Shown one piece after another: positions 38,280 through 51,581 of a DNA stretch of 64,000 nucleotides. Every line of letters starts with the position of its first letter. Position 1 is the stretch's first letter. Source of the DNA: an uncultured Eubacteriales bacterium (GTDB lineage: Bacteria > Actinomycetota > Coriobacteriia > Anaerosomatales > PHET01); the NCBI GenBank assembly GCA_964492775.1, contig CAZBLH010000001.1, positions 70,188-134,187 of the forward strand. The letters run 5' to 3'. The notes below the pieces were generated by a model. That model had not been told where the DNA came from and made no database searches. It saw only the letters and a program-made list of their open reading frames with translations. The position numbers and the translations under genes are program-made.

Positions 38280-39591
38280 CCGCGAGCGAGGGCTCCTCGG
38301 TGATGGAAGACTCGGTATCGGCCGTTTGGGCCTCGGCGACGACGGCAGCCGCTGTGGCAGCGCGGACCTCGGCGTCGAGTCTCTGGATCGCCCGAGGCGC
38401 CAGCACGAGCCCGCCCGAGGCGAACATCGCAACTCCTGAGACGGCGAACCAGACGGCCACCCCGGTCTGCTCGGCGATAGGGCCTGCCAGGAGCAGCCCG
38501 ACAGCGGCGACCAGCATCGACAGCGTCATGTAGAGCGAGAGCACGCGCCCGAGCTTGGCCGGATCGATCAGCGTCTGGAACAGGGCGGTTGTCGGCGCGC
38601 CAAACAACGGCGCCGAGATTCCCATCGCGACGCAGAGCGCGGCAAACGCGGGAAAGGCTGTTCTCGGCAGGATGCCCGCGAACGCCACCGCCGCCCCAAG
38701 CACGAAGATGCCGGCCGCGATAAGTCGCGTGGGGGAGAGCTTGGCGGCTGCGACACCGATGCCAAGCGAGCCCGCGAGCATTCCCGCTCCGAATGCGAGC
38801 TCAGCGATCGAAGCCGCGATTGCTCCGCCGCCGAAGTGTTCGCGGGTCATGAGCGGGAAAAGCGCGTTGAGTGGCATGTACAGGAGTGTCACGCCGACAA
38901 GCACCAGCGTGAGCTGCGCCAGGCCCCGGTTGCCGAGAAGAGCCCGCCATCCCTCTTTGAACTCGGCGATGATCCCGCCTCTGGATACTCCGCTTTCGGC
39001 GGCCTGCTCCGGGTGTGGGATGCGTACCAGCAGCAACGACGTGACGGCGATCAGCGCACCGGCCACGTCAGTGGCGATCACGACGGTGATGGGCGCGATG
39101 CCCATGAGGAACGCGCCGAGAACCGGGCCGGCCATCGCAGTCCCCGAGTTCATGAAGTAGTTCCATCCCGACACGCGCATGAGATGCTCGGCGGGCACGT
39201 ACATCGGCACAGCCGCCTGGCTCGCGGGTGTGTGAAACGCCGCGCCTGCCGAGCGGGCCGCGATGAAGGCGACGATCACCGGCACCGACGGGTCACCGGC
39301 GGCAAAGAGCGCGATGAGAACCAGGCTCGTCGCGGCGATGAACAGGTCGGCGACGATCATGATGATCCGGCGGTCCCAGCGGTCGACCAGCGGTCCCGCC
39401 ACCGGGCCCAGAAGCGCCTGCGGGAGCATCGCAGCGATCGCCGCGTACGCCAGAACGGACGCGGAGCCTGTCTCGGCGGTCAGCCACCAGACGAGCGCGA
39501 AGTTGACGGCGACGCTGCCGAGCAGCGAGAAGGCCTGGCCGGTGAAGATGACGAGGAACGTTCGAAGCCAGCGGTCGGCGGTCAGCCTCAC
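38239..39591 (-). CDS. MFS transporter (MFS_3 family), paralogue of 11545-12879
   Basis: WLRTFLVIFTGQAFSLLGS and GPLVDRWDRR. It aligns colinearly with the other copy. Its 3' end overlaps modC by 41 nt (convergent). Confidence 0.8.
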   Translation of the reverse strand: MRLTADRWLRTFLVIFTGQAFSLLGSVAVNFALVWWLTAETGSASVLAYAAIAAMLPQALLGPVAGPLVDRWDRRIIMIVADLFIAATSLVLIALFAAGDPSVPVIVAFIAARSAGAAFHTPASQAAVPMYVPAEHLMRVSGWNYFMNSGTAMAGPVLGAFLMGIAPITVVIATDVAGALIAVTSLLLVRIPHPEQAAESGVSRGGIIAEFKEGWRALLGNRGLAQLTLVLVGVTLLYMPLNALFPLMTREHFGGGAIAASIAELAFGAGMLAGSLGIGVAAAKLSPTRLIAAGIFVLGAAVAFAGILPRTAFPAFAALCVAMGISAPLFGAPTTALFQTLIDPAKLGRVLSLYMTLSMLVAAVGLLLAGPIAEQTGVAVWFAVSGVAMFASGGLVLAPRAIQRLDAEVRAATAAAVVAEAQTADTESSITEEPSLAVSDTPGGDCPPAG

Positions 39592-39907
39592 GGGGTCTCC
39601 ACTCTGGACGTGGTCGACAAAGACGCACCTATGCTACCTGAACGGTCGCTGCAGGTAACGGGCGTGTTGCGCTCGTGTCGGTTCCGTGACGGAGGGCGGA
39701 CTCGACGCATCGTACCGGTATGGTCGGTGGCGAGAACCGTTGGACATGAGGGGACGCATGGCCGTCCGAGCGCCGAGCAGAGCACGCCGAAACCGCGCTG
39801 ATGCCAACAGCACGCGCGCTGGCTCGACGGCGGGCTCCGTCGGAGGCCGCACGGCGCTGCCGCGTGTCTCTTCAGAGTTCAAGGGCGCGCATCCCCGGCG
39901 CCGAGCG

Positions 39908-40507
39908 ATGCGTGGGCGCACGAATGCGCCACGCCGTAGCGATGCACGCCGCCGTCGCACGCCTGGTCGAGGCCCACTGCGGCTTTTCTCGGCGATTGCG
40001 CTCGTTGCGTTGCTGCTCGTCGGCGTCGGAGCCTGGCGGATGTACGAGCCCGGCGTCAGCCCCAACGACGTTCTCGCCCGCGCGCGCACGTGGACGGATG
40101 CGGGCATCACCTATGACCAGCTCGGATACCACGAGGGGTATCGCACGGACTGCAGCGGGTTTGTCTCGATGGCATGGGCGCTGCCAGAGAACCTCACGAC
40201 CTGGCGTATCCCGCTCGTCGCCGAGCCCATCGAGAAGGAAGAGCTGCGCGCGGGTGACGTGCTGGTAGACGCGACGAGCGACAACAGGCACTGCGTCATC
40301 TTCGAGCGATGGGCCGATCCGACCCGGACCCGCTACTGGGCGCTCGAGTCCTCAGGCCGCCCCGACCTGCACCGGGCCGTGCGCCGCGTCGTGCCGTACC
40401 CGTACGAGATCAACGCCGAGCATTACGTGCCGTATCGCTACGTGGGGATGTCTCGCTACTACGACGAGGTGCCCAAGGGCGATCGGCAGCCCGTCGGGGC
40501 GCGGTAG
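39908..40507 (+). CDS. Membrane-anchored NlpC/P60-like (papain-fold) protein; start uncertain (ORF opens at 39686)
   Basis: Arg-rich N-terminus, then a TM segment (LRLFSAIALVALLLVGVGAW). Candidate Cys/His pair at DCSGFVSMAWAL and NRHCVIFERW. Confidence 0.45.
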   Translation: MRGRTNAPRRSDARRRRTPGRGPLRLFSAIALVALLLVGVGAWRMYEPGVSPNDVLARARTWTDAGITYDQLGYHEGYRTDCSGFVSMAWALPENLTTWRIPLVAEPIEKEELRAGDVLVDATSDNRHCVIFERWADPTRTRYWALESSGRPDLHRAVRRVVPYPYEINAEHYVPYRYVGMSRYYDEVPKGDRQPVGAR

Positions 40508-40538
40508 GGCATTGCCGAACGGCCTCGCGCTTGAGGCG

Positions 40539-41609
40539 CTACGCCGCCCCGGCCCAGTCCAACACCTGAAGCGCCCTCAGGGTGAGCCACTTGCTCGGCT
40601 CGCCTTTTGCCTCGATGTCGGCGAGCATCTTGCCGTTGAGGGTGTTTCTGAGCGTCCAGCGCACCTGGCCGTCAGCGGCACCTCGAACCACCTCTATCGC
40701 TGGTTGGTACTCGGTGCGCGGAGACTCGCCTGAGCGCGCTAGCGCGAGCAGCGCCTCGAGTGCGTCCGAGTTGTACGACAGCGGATAGCCGAACCGGAGC
40801 CACCCCTTCTTCGGCCCGAAGTGCAGCTCGGGGTGCTCGGCGAGGAATCGCTCGTGAACTGCAGGCCGTTCGGCGGGCTTGACCGACCACACCATGCCCT
40901 CGAACTCCCGGTACTCGGCGGGCAGACTGTTGAAGACCGACTTGTCGCGCAGCTTCGCGACGCACTCCGCTCGCAGCTCCTCGCAACCATCGGGCCAGAG
41001 CTCGCGCGGCATCTCGGCGAGGAAAAGCAGCACCTTTACGGTGAGCATGTGGCAGTAGCCGCTGAGGTGGTAGCACGTGCCGCTGCGACAGTCGACGGCG
41101 CCGAGTTCGCGGTAGGTGTCGACAAGGCTCTGAAGCGCTGCAGCGATACGCGGGTCACGCGCCCATCCCATACGAGCGAGCGCGCGGCCGACGTTCGAGG
41201 TCAGGCAGCAGATCGACCCGGCCGGCCGCATGTTGGTCGCGCTCCAGGAGCCGTCATCCAGCTGGCGTGAGAACGCATACTCCGCTGCTCGTTGCACGCG
41301 GGGGTCCTTACCCTTCGCGTAGAGCTCGCCGAGAAGGTGCACCTGCCAGAGCGACCCCCCGTACTTCTGGTAGTCGCGCGCGGGTGGTGCCCAGGGCCCA
41401 TCGTCGAGCTGCGCGTCGAGAATCGCCGCGACCGGTGCGTACTCGTTGCGTCGCTCCCAGAGCGCTGCCGTTGCCACGTCATCCTGCTCGCCGAGAAGGA
41501 CTCGGCGCGTGAGAACCGCGACAGCCGGGTTTTCGGGCTCGAGCAGCCATTCAATCGTCTCGGCGGGTACCTGCGAGATGATGCGGGCTGTGCGCGTCGC
41601 GTCGCCCAT
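40539..41609 (-). CDS. Hypothetical protein with a possible alpha/alpha-toroid fold (prenyltransferase / squalene-cyclase repeat-like)
   Basis: Repeated DDGPW / GGSLWQ / DDGSW type motifs spaced about 45-50 aa apart. No signal peptide. Confidence 0.35.
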   Translation of the reverse strand: MGDATRTARIISQVPAETIEWLLEPENPAVAVLTRRVLLGEQDDVATAALWERRNEYAPVAAILDAQLDDGPWAPPARDYQKYGGSLWQVHLLGELYAKGKDPRVQRAAEYAFSRQLDDGSWSATNMRPAGSICCLTSNVGRALARMGWARDPRIAAALQSLVDTYRELGAVDCRSGTCYHLSGYCHMLTVKVLLFLAEMPRELWPDGCEELRAECVAKLRDKSVFNSLPAEYREFEGMVWSVKPAERPAVHERFLAEHPELHFGPKKGWLRFGYPLSYNSDALEALLALARSGESPRTEYQPAIEVVRGAADGQVRWTLRNTLNGKMLADIEAKGEPSKWLTLRALQVLDWAGAA

Positions 41610-41824
41610 CGTAAAAAACCCCCTGCTCGACTTCGCCCTAAGACTCGAGTGTCATCCCCGTGTACCTACCCGCTTGAGTCCCTGGCCAGCGGCTCATGCC
41701 ACAAACCCGCAGGTGACACGGCAGGAGTCACGCAGTCGCGGATCTGGTGCGTGTAGAATCTCGGCAGGGGATTTCTCACTATGGCTGCCCGCTGAGTGGC
41801 GGACTGCCGAGAGGAGCACGAGGA

Positions 41825-43711
41825 ATGCGGTCCGCGGTCTGGTCACGATCGCGTCATGCGCTGGGGGTGGCGCTGTGCGTCGCCCTGCTTTCGGCGTTCA
41901 TCGTACCCGTGCAGGCTCCCGCGTTCAGTAGCGCGATTGCAGGACGCGTTGTGGTCGCGGGCACGGGTGCGCCGCTTGGCGGGCTCTACCTGCGCCTTCA
42001 GCGTTACTCCGAGGGGGCAGGCGCCTGGATCCAGGTCGCCTCGAACTACACCGGCAATGATGGCCGCTATGGTTTCGATGTCAGCGAACCCGGGTCGTAC
42101 CGCGTTCAGTCCGAGAGCACCTGGCATTTCGATGCGACCTCAGCGCCGGTAGCCTTCGACGGGGTGAATCCGCGCATCGTCGACTTGGCCGTTCAGCCGC
42201 TACCACCGGCTGTCGCTGGGTCGGTCAGGCGCGCGGACACACTGGCGCCGTTGTGGGGAGCCTTGGTCGAGGTCTACAAGCAAGAGGGCGACGGCTCGTG
42301 GATGCTTGTTGATGATGAGTTCACGGAGTCGGATGGGACGTTCACCTTCTCGCTGCCGCTCGGCCAGTACAAGATCGTCGCGGACGCGGCGGAGAGCTAC
42401 CGGAGTCAGGAAGCGATCGTCGACTTCACTGAAGCCACGGTCCATCAGGACTTCCTGCTTCAGTCGGCAGCGGTCGGTGTGCAGGGTCGGGTAACGGACA
42501 AGACCCTCGGCAAGTCAGTCCGAGGGGCGCATGTGGCCCTCTACGTGTACGACCCTGCCGAGAATGCGTGGGATCCTGTGCCGGTGTCCGAGGCCTTGAC
42601 GGGTACCGATGGCGCGTTCGCGCTGTTCGATGATTGGGAATCGGCGAGCCCGTTGCGGCGGGTTGTGATCGGGCATGACAAGTTCGAGGGTTCCGTACAC
42701 GAGTACTCGGCCGAGCCTGACCGGACGCACAGCTACAGCGTGGCGTTGATGCCAATCGAGCCTGTTTCGCCACCCAGCGGGGCCGAGCGAGTCGCCGGTG
42801 CTGATCGGTACCGGACCGCGATCGAGGCTTCGCGACGTGCGTATCCGCATGGCTCCAAGGCGGTCGTGATTGCGACAGGCGAGGACTTCGCCGACGCGCT
42901 CGGCGGCGCGGCTCTTGCGGGCGCGCTGGATGCGCCACTGCTGCTGACGCGTAGACTCACGCTGCCGTCGGAGGTGAGCGGAGAGATCCAGCGCCTCAAG
43001 GCGAGTCGCGCGTACATCCTCGGCGGTAACGCGGCGATCGACTACGACGTATACGTCGAGATCGAGGGCGCACTCAGCGGCACCACGGACATGTACCGCA
43101 TCGAGGGCAAGAACCGCTACGAGACCGCGTACAACATCGCCGATTGGACGATTGCCATACTTGGGTCGAACTACCTGGGTGACGCCTTCGTCGCCACCGG
43201 CGCGAACTTTCCCGACGCTCTCGCGGCCTCGCCAGTAGCGGCGTCTGCAGGCGTCCCGGTGCTGCTGGCCGACCCGAAGGCCAAGGGGATTGCGGTGCCG
43301 TCGGGGGTGGAGAGGGCGACGATCACCGGAGGCGCGGATGTGGTGCCGGCGGCCATCATGAAGTCGCTGGAGAACACGCTCGGCAAGGGGAAGGTCCGCA
43401 GGGTCGCCGGCAGTGATCGCTTCGATACAGCCGCGCGCGTCGCGCAGCTCGGCGTGGACGAGTACTACATGCGCTGGAACGGGACGGGCGTGGCCACGGG
43501 GCTGAACTTCCCCGACGCGCTGGCGGGCGGAGCGATGCTCGGGCGGTTCGGAAGCGTGATGCTGCTCACGAGGCCGGACTCCCTGAGCCCGTCAGCTACG
43601 CGCAAGCTCGCGACCAACGCTAGCCACATCGAAGCACTATTCTTCCTCGGCGGCGTAGACACCGTTCACGAGAACGTGAGAGGGGCCGCGCAGAAAGCGG
43701 CTGGGTTGTAG
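41825..43711 (+). CDS. Secreted cell-wall-anchored protein: Ig-like / carboxypeptidase-regulatory-like repeats plus three CWB2 modules
   Basis: ATG 41825 starts a signal peptide (ALGVALCVALLSAFIVPVQAPAFS). Several G.V......PL.G..V.....DG.Y.F beta-sandwich repeats are present. Three G.DR[YF].TA...ADAL...P[VL]LL repeats follow. Confidence 0.65.
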   Translation: MRSAVWSRSRHALGVALCVALLSAFIVPVQAPAFSSAIAGRVVVAGTGAPLGGLYLRLQRYSEGAGAWIQVASNYTGNDGRYGFDVSEPGSYRVQSESTWHFDATSAPVAFDGVNPRIVDLAVQPLPPAVAGSVRRADTLAPLWGALVEVYKQEGDGSWMLVDDEFTESDGTFTFSLPLGQYKIVADAAESYRSQEAIVDFTEATVHQDFLLQSAAVGVQGRVTDKTLGKSVRGAHVALYVYDPAENAWDPVPVSEALTGTDGAFALFDDWESASPLRRVVIGHDKFEGSVHEYSAEPDRTHSYSVALMPIEPVSPPSGAERVAGADRYRTAIEASRRAYPHGSKAVVIATGEDFADALGGAALAGALDAPLLLTRRLTLPSEVSGEIQRLKASRAYILGGNAAIDYDVYVEIEGALSGTTDMYRIEGKNRYETAYNIADWTIAILGSNYLGDAFVATGANFPDALAASPVAASAGVPVLLADPKAKGIAVPSGVERATITGGADVVPAAIMKSLENTLGKGKVRRVAGSDRFDTAARVAQLGVDEYYMRWNGTGVATGLNFPDALAGGAMLGRFGSVMLLTRPDSLSPSATRKLATNASHIEALFFLGGVDTVHENVRGAAQKAAGL

Positions 43712-43719
43712 GGGGGCTG

Positions 43720-44322
43720 ATGAACGAGCTGGTCTATCGTGCGGTCGCTCTGGCCCTGATGGCCGCCTACATCGTGATCCGCACGGCTTTCGAACGGCGG
43801 CTCAACAGGTCCGCGAAGCAGGCTCAGAGTGAGAACGCGGACGCCCGGAACCGCTTGGAACTCGGAGTGGTTGGCTACGGCCAGCTGCCGCACTGGTTCT
43901 ACGTCCTCTCGACCCTGCTCCAGTTCGCCGCGCTCGGCCTTCCCGGATGGGTGCGGTGGCTTGGCGCAGCGGTCACCGCACTCGGGCTCGTCGGATTCGT
44001 CTGGACTCACCGCGAGCTCGCCGGGAACTGGTCGCCGTGCGTCGAGCCGGCGAGGGCTGGAAGCCTCGTGACGACCGGACCGTATCGGTGGGTGCGCCAC
44101 CCCATGTACACGTCGTTCTTCCTCTACTACATTGGGCTGGCGCTTCTGATGTCCAACTGGGTCGCAAGCCTTCTGCCACTGGCCACGTTCGTCTGGATGT
44201 ACGCGAACCGTGTCCGCCGAGAAGAGGTCGTCATGCTTGAGCAGTTCGGCGACGTGTACCGTGCGTATGCCGAGAAGACCGGCCGCCTGGTGCCCCGGTT
44301 TGGCCGGCGCGCGGCGTTCTGA
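43720..44322 (+). CDS. Isoprenylcysteine carboxyl methyltransferase (ICMT/PEMT)-family membrane methyltransferase
   Basis: TGPYRWVRHPMYTSFFLYYIG and RREEVVMLEQFGDVYRAY motifs. Multi-TM protein. Confidence 0.75.
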   Translation: MNELVYRAVALALMAAYIVIRTAFERRLNRSAKQAQSENADARNRLELGVVGYGQLPHWFYVLSTLLQFAALGLPGWVRWLGAAVTALGLVGFVWTHRELAGNWSPCVEPARAGSLVTTGPYRWVRHPMYTSFFLYYIGLALLMSNWVASLLPLATFVWMYANRVRREEVVMLEQFGDVYRAYAEKTGRLVPRFGRRAAF

Positions 44323-44427
44323 CGCAGCCTCGGCGAGGGTCCTGGGTATGAAGGCTGCACGAGGCGGTCAGCGCTTTTCGACCTTCGGGCGCCGCCGTTG
44401 TCCTGATAGCTGCGGTGAGGAGGCCTC

Positions 44428-44910
44428 ATGAGCGTCCGTGTGCACGTTCCGGAGTCGCTCGGCGACTACGTCGAGCAGATGTCGCGCGCGGTGTTCTATG
44501 CCGGCATGAGCTGGTCCGTGATTGACGCGAAGTGGCCGGGTATCCGCGAGGCGTTCGAGGGGTTCGACCCAGCCACGGTCGCCGGATTCACGCCCGCCGA
44601 TGTCGACCGGCTGATGGAGGATGCCCGGATCGTCCGCAACCGCAGGAAGATCGAGGGCGTGATCCATAACGCAGGGGAGGCTATCAACGTCGAGAGGGAG
44701 TTCGGCGGGTTCGGCCGGTATCTTGCGTCTTTCCCCGACAACGAATCGCTCGTGCACGATCTTCACAGGCGGTTCAAGTTCATGGGCGAGTCGACCGCGC
44801 ACTTCTTCCTGTTCGCGATCGGTTTCGATCTTCCGGCACAAGAGGAGTGGGCACGGAGCCATTTCGGAGAGGCGGAGGCTGCCGAGCACCGGCGTCATCA
44901 GCACGGGTAG
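44428..44910 (+). CDS. tag: DNA-3-methyladenine glycosylase I-like protein
   Basis: AVFYAGMSWSVIDAKWPGIREAFEGFDP and RIVRNRRKIEGVIHNA are Adenine_glyco-type motifs. The N-terminal zinc-binding segment of E. coli Tag is not evident. Confidence 0.65.
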   Translation: MSVRVHVPESLGDYVEQMSRAVFYAGMSWSVIDAKWPGIREAFEGFDPATVAGFTPADVDRLMEDARIVRNRRKIEGVIHNAGEAINVEREFGGFGRYLASFPDNESLVHDLHRRFKFMGESTAHFFLFAIGFDLPAQEEWARSHFGEAEAAEHRRHQHG

Positions 44911-45061
44911 TCGGCTCATAACGCTGCATCTCGACTGCTTCCTCAGGACCTCGCTCTCTGCTTGCGTGAGCCCCCGCATCGGCTATCGGCAATCATCCTC
45001 GCGCAGGGCGTTCCTCCCGCTAGAATGGTCGGACATACCCGCTATTCACCGGAGGGCGAAG

Positions 45062-48307
<3,246 letters not shown>

Positions 48308-48367
48308 CGATCACGGGGTCCCACTCGCGCGGCGCAACCCGGTGTGTGAGGCCCTGGTGCAAGGAGT

Positions 48368-48422
48368 CGTAGTCGGTTAAGCGACTACGCGGACGCGCCT
48401 CACCGCAGCTGCGGTGAGGCGC
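48368..48422 (+). terminator. Tandem hairpins after carB
   Basis: CGTAGTCG/CGACTACG (48368-48389), then a perfect 12-bp stem GCGCCTCACCGC-AGCT-GCGGTGAGGCGC (48395-48422). The U-tract is weak. Confidence 0.5.
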
Positions 48423-48514
48423 TGCTGTTGTCTAAAGAACCGCCTGCAATGTATTATTACCAAACACGTATTGATGTACTGTCTTTTCTTATAGTGTTTC
48501 GAAAGGGGTAACGG

Positions 48515-49207
48515 ATGAAGAAACTCTCGCTCCTCCTGCTGGCCAGCGTGCTCGCCGCATCCTTTGCGCTCGTCGGATGCCAGAGCGACACGGGTAGCGA
48601 GGCCGAAGAGCCTGTCGCCGAAGAGCCTGTCGCCGAGGCTCCTGCCTTGGAGCAGCCGACGGCTGACAACCCGCTCGTGATCGACAAGGAGAACAAGCAG
48701 GTCCGCGTCTACGCCGAGGTCAACCGCAAGTGGGTCACCGAACCTACCCGCCACGGTGTTGTCACCGCTGCCGGCAGCAACGGCGACAAGGCGATCTTCA
48801 AGGCCGGCGGCGACGCCCTCGAGTTCCACCAGGCTCTGGTCGACATCGGCGCTGCTCCAGGCGACAACGTGAAGAAGGACTCGCCGGCGGGTACGGCCGT
48901 CGAGGGTAGCGCGCTCGACATCACTGTGAGCTGGGACGATCAGGAGTACGCGATCGCCGACCTGGTCGTCGCGAGCGGCGAACTCAAGGACAACGGCATC
49001 GCGCCGAAGTTCGGTGGCAACTACGACTTCCAGTCCGAGGTCAAGACCGGCTGCCTGTTCTGCCTCGACTCCTGTGCCGCCGGCATTACCTCGAACTCCG
49101 CCATCGGCTGGAAGTCGTTCGACTCCGGCAAGATTGAGTTCCGGGGCAACGGCGACGTCCTCCCTGCGGACGGCACCGCCGTCGTCATCACCTGGACCCT
49201 GCAGTAG
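48515..49207 (+). CDS. Lipoprotein, YdjY-like domain
   Basis: Lipobox LVGCQS and an acidic linker with a repeated EEPVAE. The C-terminal segment TGCLFCLDSCAAGITSN resembles YdjY-domain proteins (from memory, unverified). It is preceded by a strikingly AT-rich ~90-nt promoter region. Confidence 0.5.
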   Translation: MKKLSLLLLASVLAASFALVGCQSDTGSEAEEPVAEEPVAEAPALEQPTADNPLVIDKENKQVRVYAEVNRKWVTEPTRHGVVTAAGSNGDKAIFKAGGDALEFHQALVDIGAAPGDNVKKDSPAGTAVEGSALDITVSWDDQEYAIADLVVASGELKDNGIAPKFGGNYDFQSEVKTGCLFCLDSCAAGITSNSAIGWKSFDSGKIEFRGNGDVLPADGTAVVITWTLQ

Positions 49208-49305
49208 GACTACCTTCGGCAGCCTTCGGGGTTGCCGGCACTGATATGGAAAATTGCGGTGCCGCGGCGACGAAAGTCGTCGCGGCCCACATTCGAGGAG
49301 TGCAA

Positions 49306-50580
49306 ATGTCTGACAAGAAGCTTCCGCCCTCCGACGCCCCGCTCGCCGATAAGGTGCGCGTTGGGGTCGCGACGATGCTTATTGCCTGCGCGACGGGTTT
49401 CTCGGCAGCTTGGCTGCTCGGGAAGATGAAGATGCTGTCGATGGTCTTCAACTCGTCCTGGCTTGTGACCTCAGGACTGGTAATTGGCGTGGTGGCCACG
49501 TACTACGCGGTCCGCAACACCGGTCGCAGCAGTATCGGAGCACTGGCTGCCCGTTCTTCGAGCGGAGCCATCATCGCGCTCGGTACGATCTTTGTCGTTT
49601 GGGACATGCTTACGGCCAAGTACGTCACCGACACGATGACCATCATGTGGCTGGAAGGGACGTTCCTCCGCGGCACGGTGCCCACCGAGGTCGCGAAGTG
49701 GATCTTCCTGCCTGTGACGTTCGCCGGTGCAGCCATCGGTGTTTTCTGGGGTGCGAAGTCCTTCATCGAGCAGCGACAAGCGATCAAGGAGCTCGGCGAG
49801 GAAGCTCCCGAGCCGCTTGTCTCGCGCGGACAGCTCATAGCCGGCATCGTGGTTGTCGCAGCCGGGGTCATCGCCTACAACTTCGTTCCGGGCGTCCGCG
49901 ACTGGGTCAATAACGCCGTCGAGCTCCTCTGGAGCGGTGACATCGAGTACGTGAAGGACTACCTGCTCGGCTTCGGTGTCCTCGCGCCTGTGGTCTCGGC
50001 GACGCTCATGATTCTCCAGTCGATCGCGGCGCCGATCCCCGCGTTCGTCGTGACCTTCACCAACGGCTTGCTGTTCGGCTGGTTCTGGGGCGCGCTCCTG
50101 TCGTGGTCAAGCGCGATGGCCGGTGCAGCGCTCTGCTTTTGGATCGCACGCACTCTCGGGCGACCGGTCGTTGAGCGACTGGCCGGTGGTAGCGCGGCGC
50201 TCGAGGTATCCGATCTCTTCTTCGAGCGCTATGGCGACCGAGCGGTCCTTATCGCTAGGCTGCTCCCGTTCGTGAGCTTCGACATCATCAGCTACGGCGC
50301 AGGCCTGACTTCGATGGGCTTCTGGCGCTTCTTCTGGGCGACCGGTCTCGGCCAGCTTCCTGCGACCATCGTCTACTCGTACCTCGGCCAGAACATGACG
50401 GACAGCGTCCGCGTGCTGTTTATGATCTTCTTGTTCACCGCTGTCGTGTTCGTCATCGGCGCGACGCTCCGTCCGCTGTTCATGAAGAAGATCAAGACCG
50501 AGGTCGAGGCTCCCGAGGGTGCCGAGAGTTCCGAGGTCGCTGCAGCCGTCGAGGTCGAGACGGAGCCTGCAGGCGCATGA
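49306..50580 (+). CDS. TVP38/TMEM64 (DedA-related, VTT domain) membrane protein with an extra N-terminal TM bundle
   Basis: ATG 49306 follows GAGGAG. RLLPFVSFDIISYGAGLT VTT motif. About 9 TM segments. Confidence 0.7.
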   Translation: MSDKKLPPSDAPLADKVRVGVATMLIACATGFSAAWLLGKMKMLSMVFNSSWLVTSGLVIGVVATYYAVRNTGRSSIGALAARSSSGAIIALGTIFVVWDMLTAKYVTDTMTIMWLEGTFLRGTVPTEVAKWIFLPVTFAGAAIGVFWGAKSFIEQRQAIKELGEEAPEPLVSRGQLIAGIVVVAAGVIAYNFVPGVRDWVNNAVELLWSGDIEYVKDYLLGFGVLAPVVSATLMILQSIAAPIPAFVVTFTNGLLFGWFWGALLSWSSAMAGAALCFWIARTLGRPVVERLAGGSAALEVSDLFFERYGDRAVLIARLLPFVSFDIISYGAGLTSMGFWRFFWATGLGQLPATIVYSYLGQNMTDSVRVLFMIFLFTAVVFVIGATLRPLFMKKIKTEVEAPEGAESSEVAAAVEVETEPAGA

Positions 50581-51581
50581 GTGATTCTGCGGAAGTCATC
50601 GCACTGAACGATGACGCGGTTGCGGCCAGCGCTGGAGAGGCGTCGGCCGAGCGCCGCTACCCATGGAGCACGGTGCTCAGAATCGCCATCAGCGTCATCG
50701 CGCTTGGAATCATCCTGACGCGTATCGATACAGGCTCGGCGCTTGAGCTGGTGACCACCATGAGCCCAGTGTGGCTCTTGGCAGCGTTCGCCTCTGTGTA
50801 CGCGGCGATACTGGTCTCGGCGTACAAGTGGCAGCTGCTGGTGCAGGCGACGGGCAGAACCATTGGTCTGGCGCGCCTTGCTCGGCACTATTTTGTGGGG
50901 TTCTTCTTCAACAACTTCCTGCCGACGTCGGTCGGCGGAGACGTTGTGCGCGCTTGGGACGCCGGGGCGGACATGAATGACATACCGACCGGCGCCGCTA
51001 CCGTCATCGCCGAGCGGCTGATTGCATCGGTCGCTCTCGGCGTGACTGCGTTGATTGGCCTGCCGTTCGTAGAGGTGAACTCCCGCGTCGTGCTCGCGGT
51101 GGCGATCGTTGCTGTGGTCTCGATCGGGCTTACCGGCCTCTTCCTGATCCCGTCGCGTTCGGCGGAGATGGTTCGCAAGGCGATGGGCGGGCGCTTCGGC
51201 GATGCGGTGGAGCCGGTGCAGCGCGCGGTCCACATCGTGAACGACCTCCTGCGGAACCCGGGCACGCTCGCGAAGGTGTTCATCCTTTCTGTCGTGTTCC
51301 AGGTGTTCGTGGCTCTCGTCAACTGGTGCCTCTTCAGTGCTCTCGGCTATCCGGTCAGCGTGGGTGAGGCGATCGTCAACACCTCGATCGTCTCCGCGGT
51401 GACGATGGTGCCGATCTCGATCGCCGGGCACGGCGTACGGGAGGCTGGATACGCGTACTTCTTTGGTCTTGCTGGCGTTCCCGAGAACGCGGCGGTGAGT
51501 GCATCGATACTGTTCTTCCTGGTGGTCGCCGTGTCGACAATGCCGGGAGCCCTGTTCTTCGCGCAGGGAAGGCGGCAATGA
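50577..51581 (+). CDS. Flippase-like membrane protein (UPF0104 / lysyl-PG synthase TM-region family)
   Basis: ATGA overlap with the previous gene. FFFNNFLPTSVGGDVVRAWD signature. Confidence 0.7.
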   Translation: MSDSAEVIALNDDAVAASAGEASAERRYPWSTVLRIAISVIALGIILTRIDTGSALELVTTMSPVWLLAAFASVYAAILVSAYKWQLLVQATGRTIGLARLARHYFVGFFFNNFLPTSVGGDVVRAWDAGADMNDIPTGAATVIAERLIASVALGVTALIGLPFVEVNSRVVLAVAIVAVVSIGLTGLFLIPSRSAEMVRKAMGGRFGDAVEPVQRAVHIVNDLLRNPGTLAKVFILSVVFQVFVALVNWCLFSALGYPVSVGEAIVNTSIVSAVTMVPISIAGHGVREAGYAYFFGLAGVPENAAVSASILFFLVVAVSTMPGALFFAQGRRQ

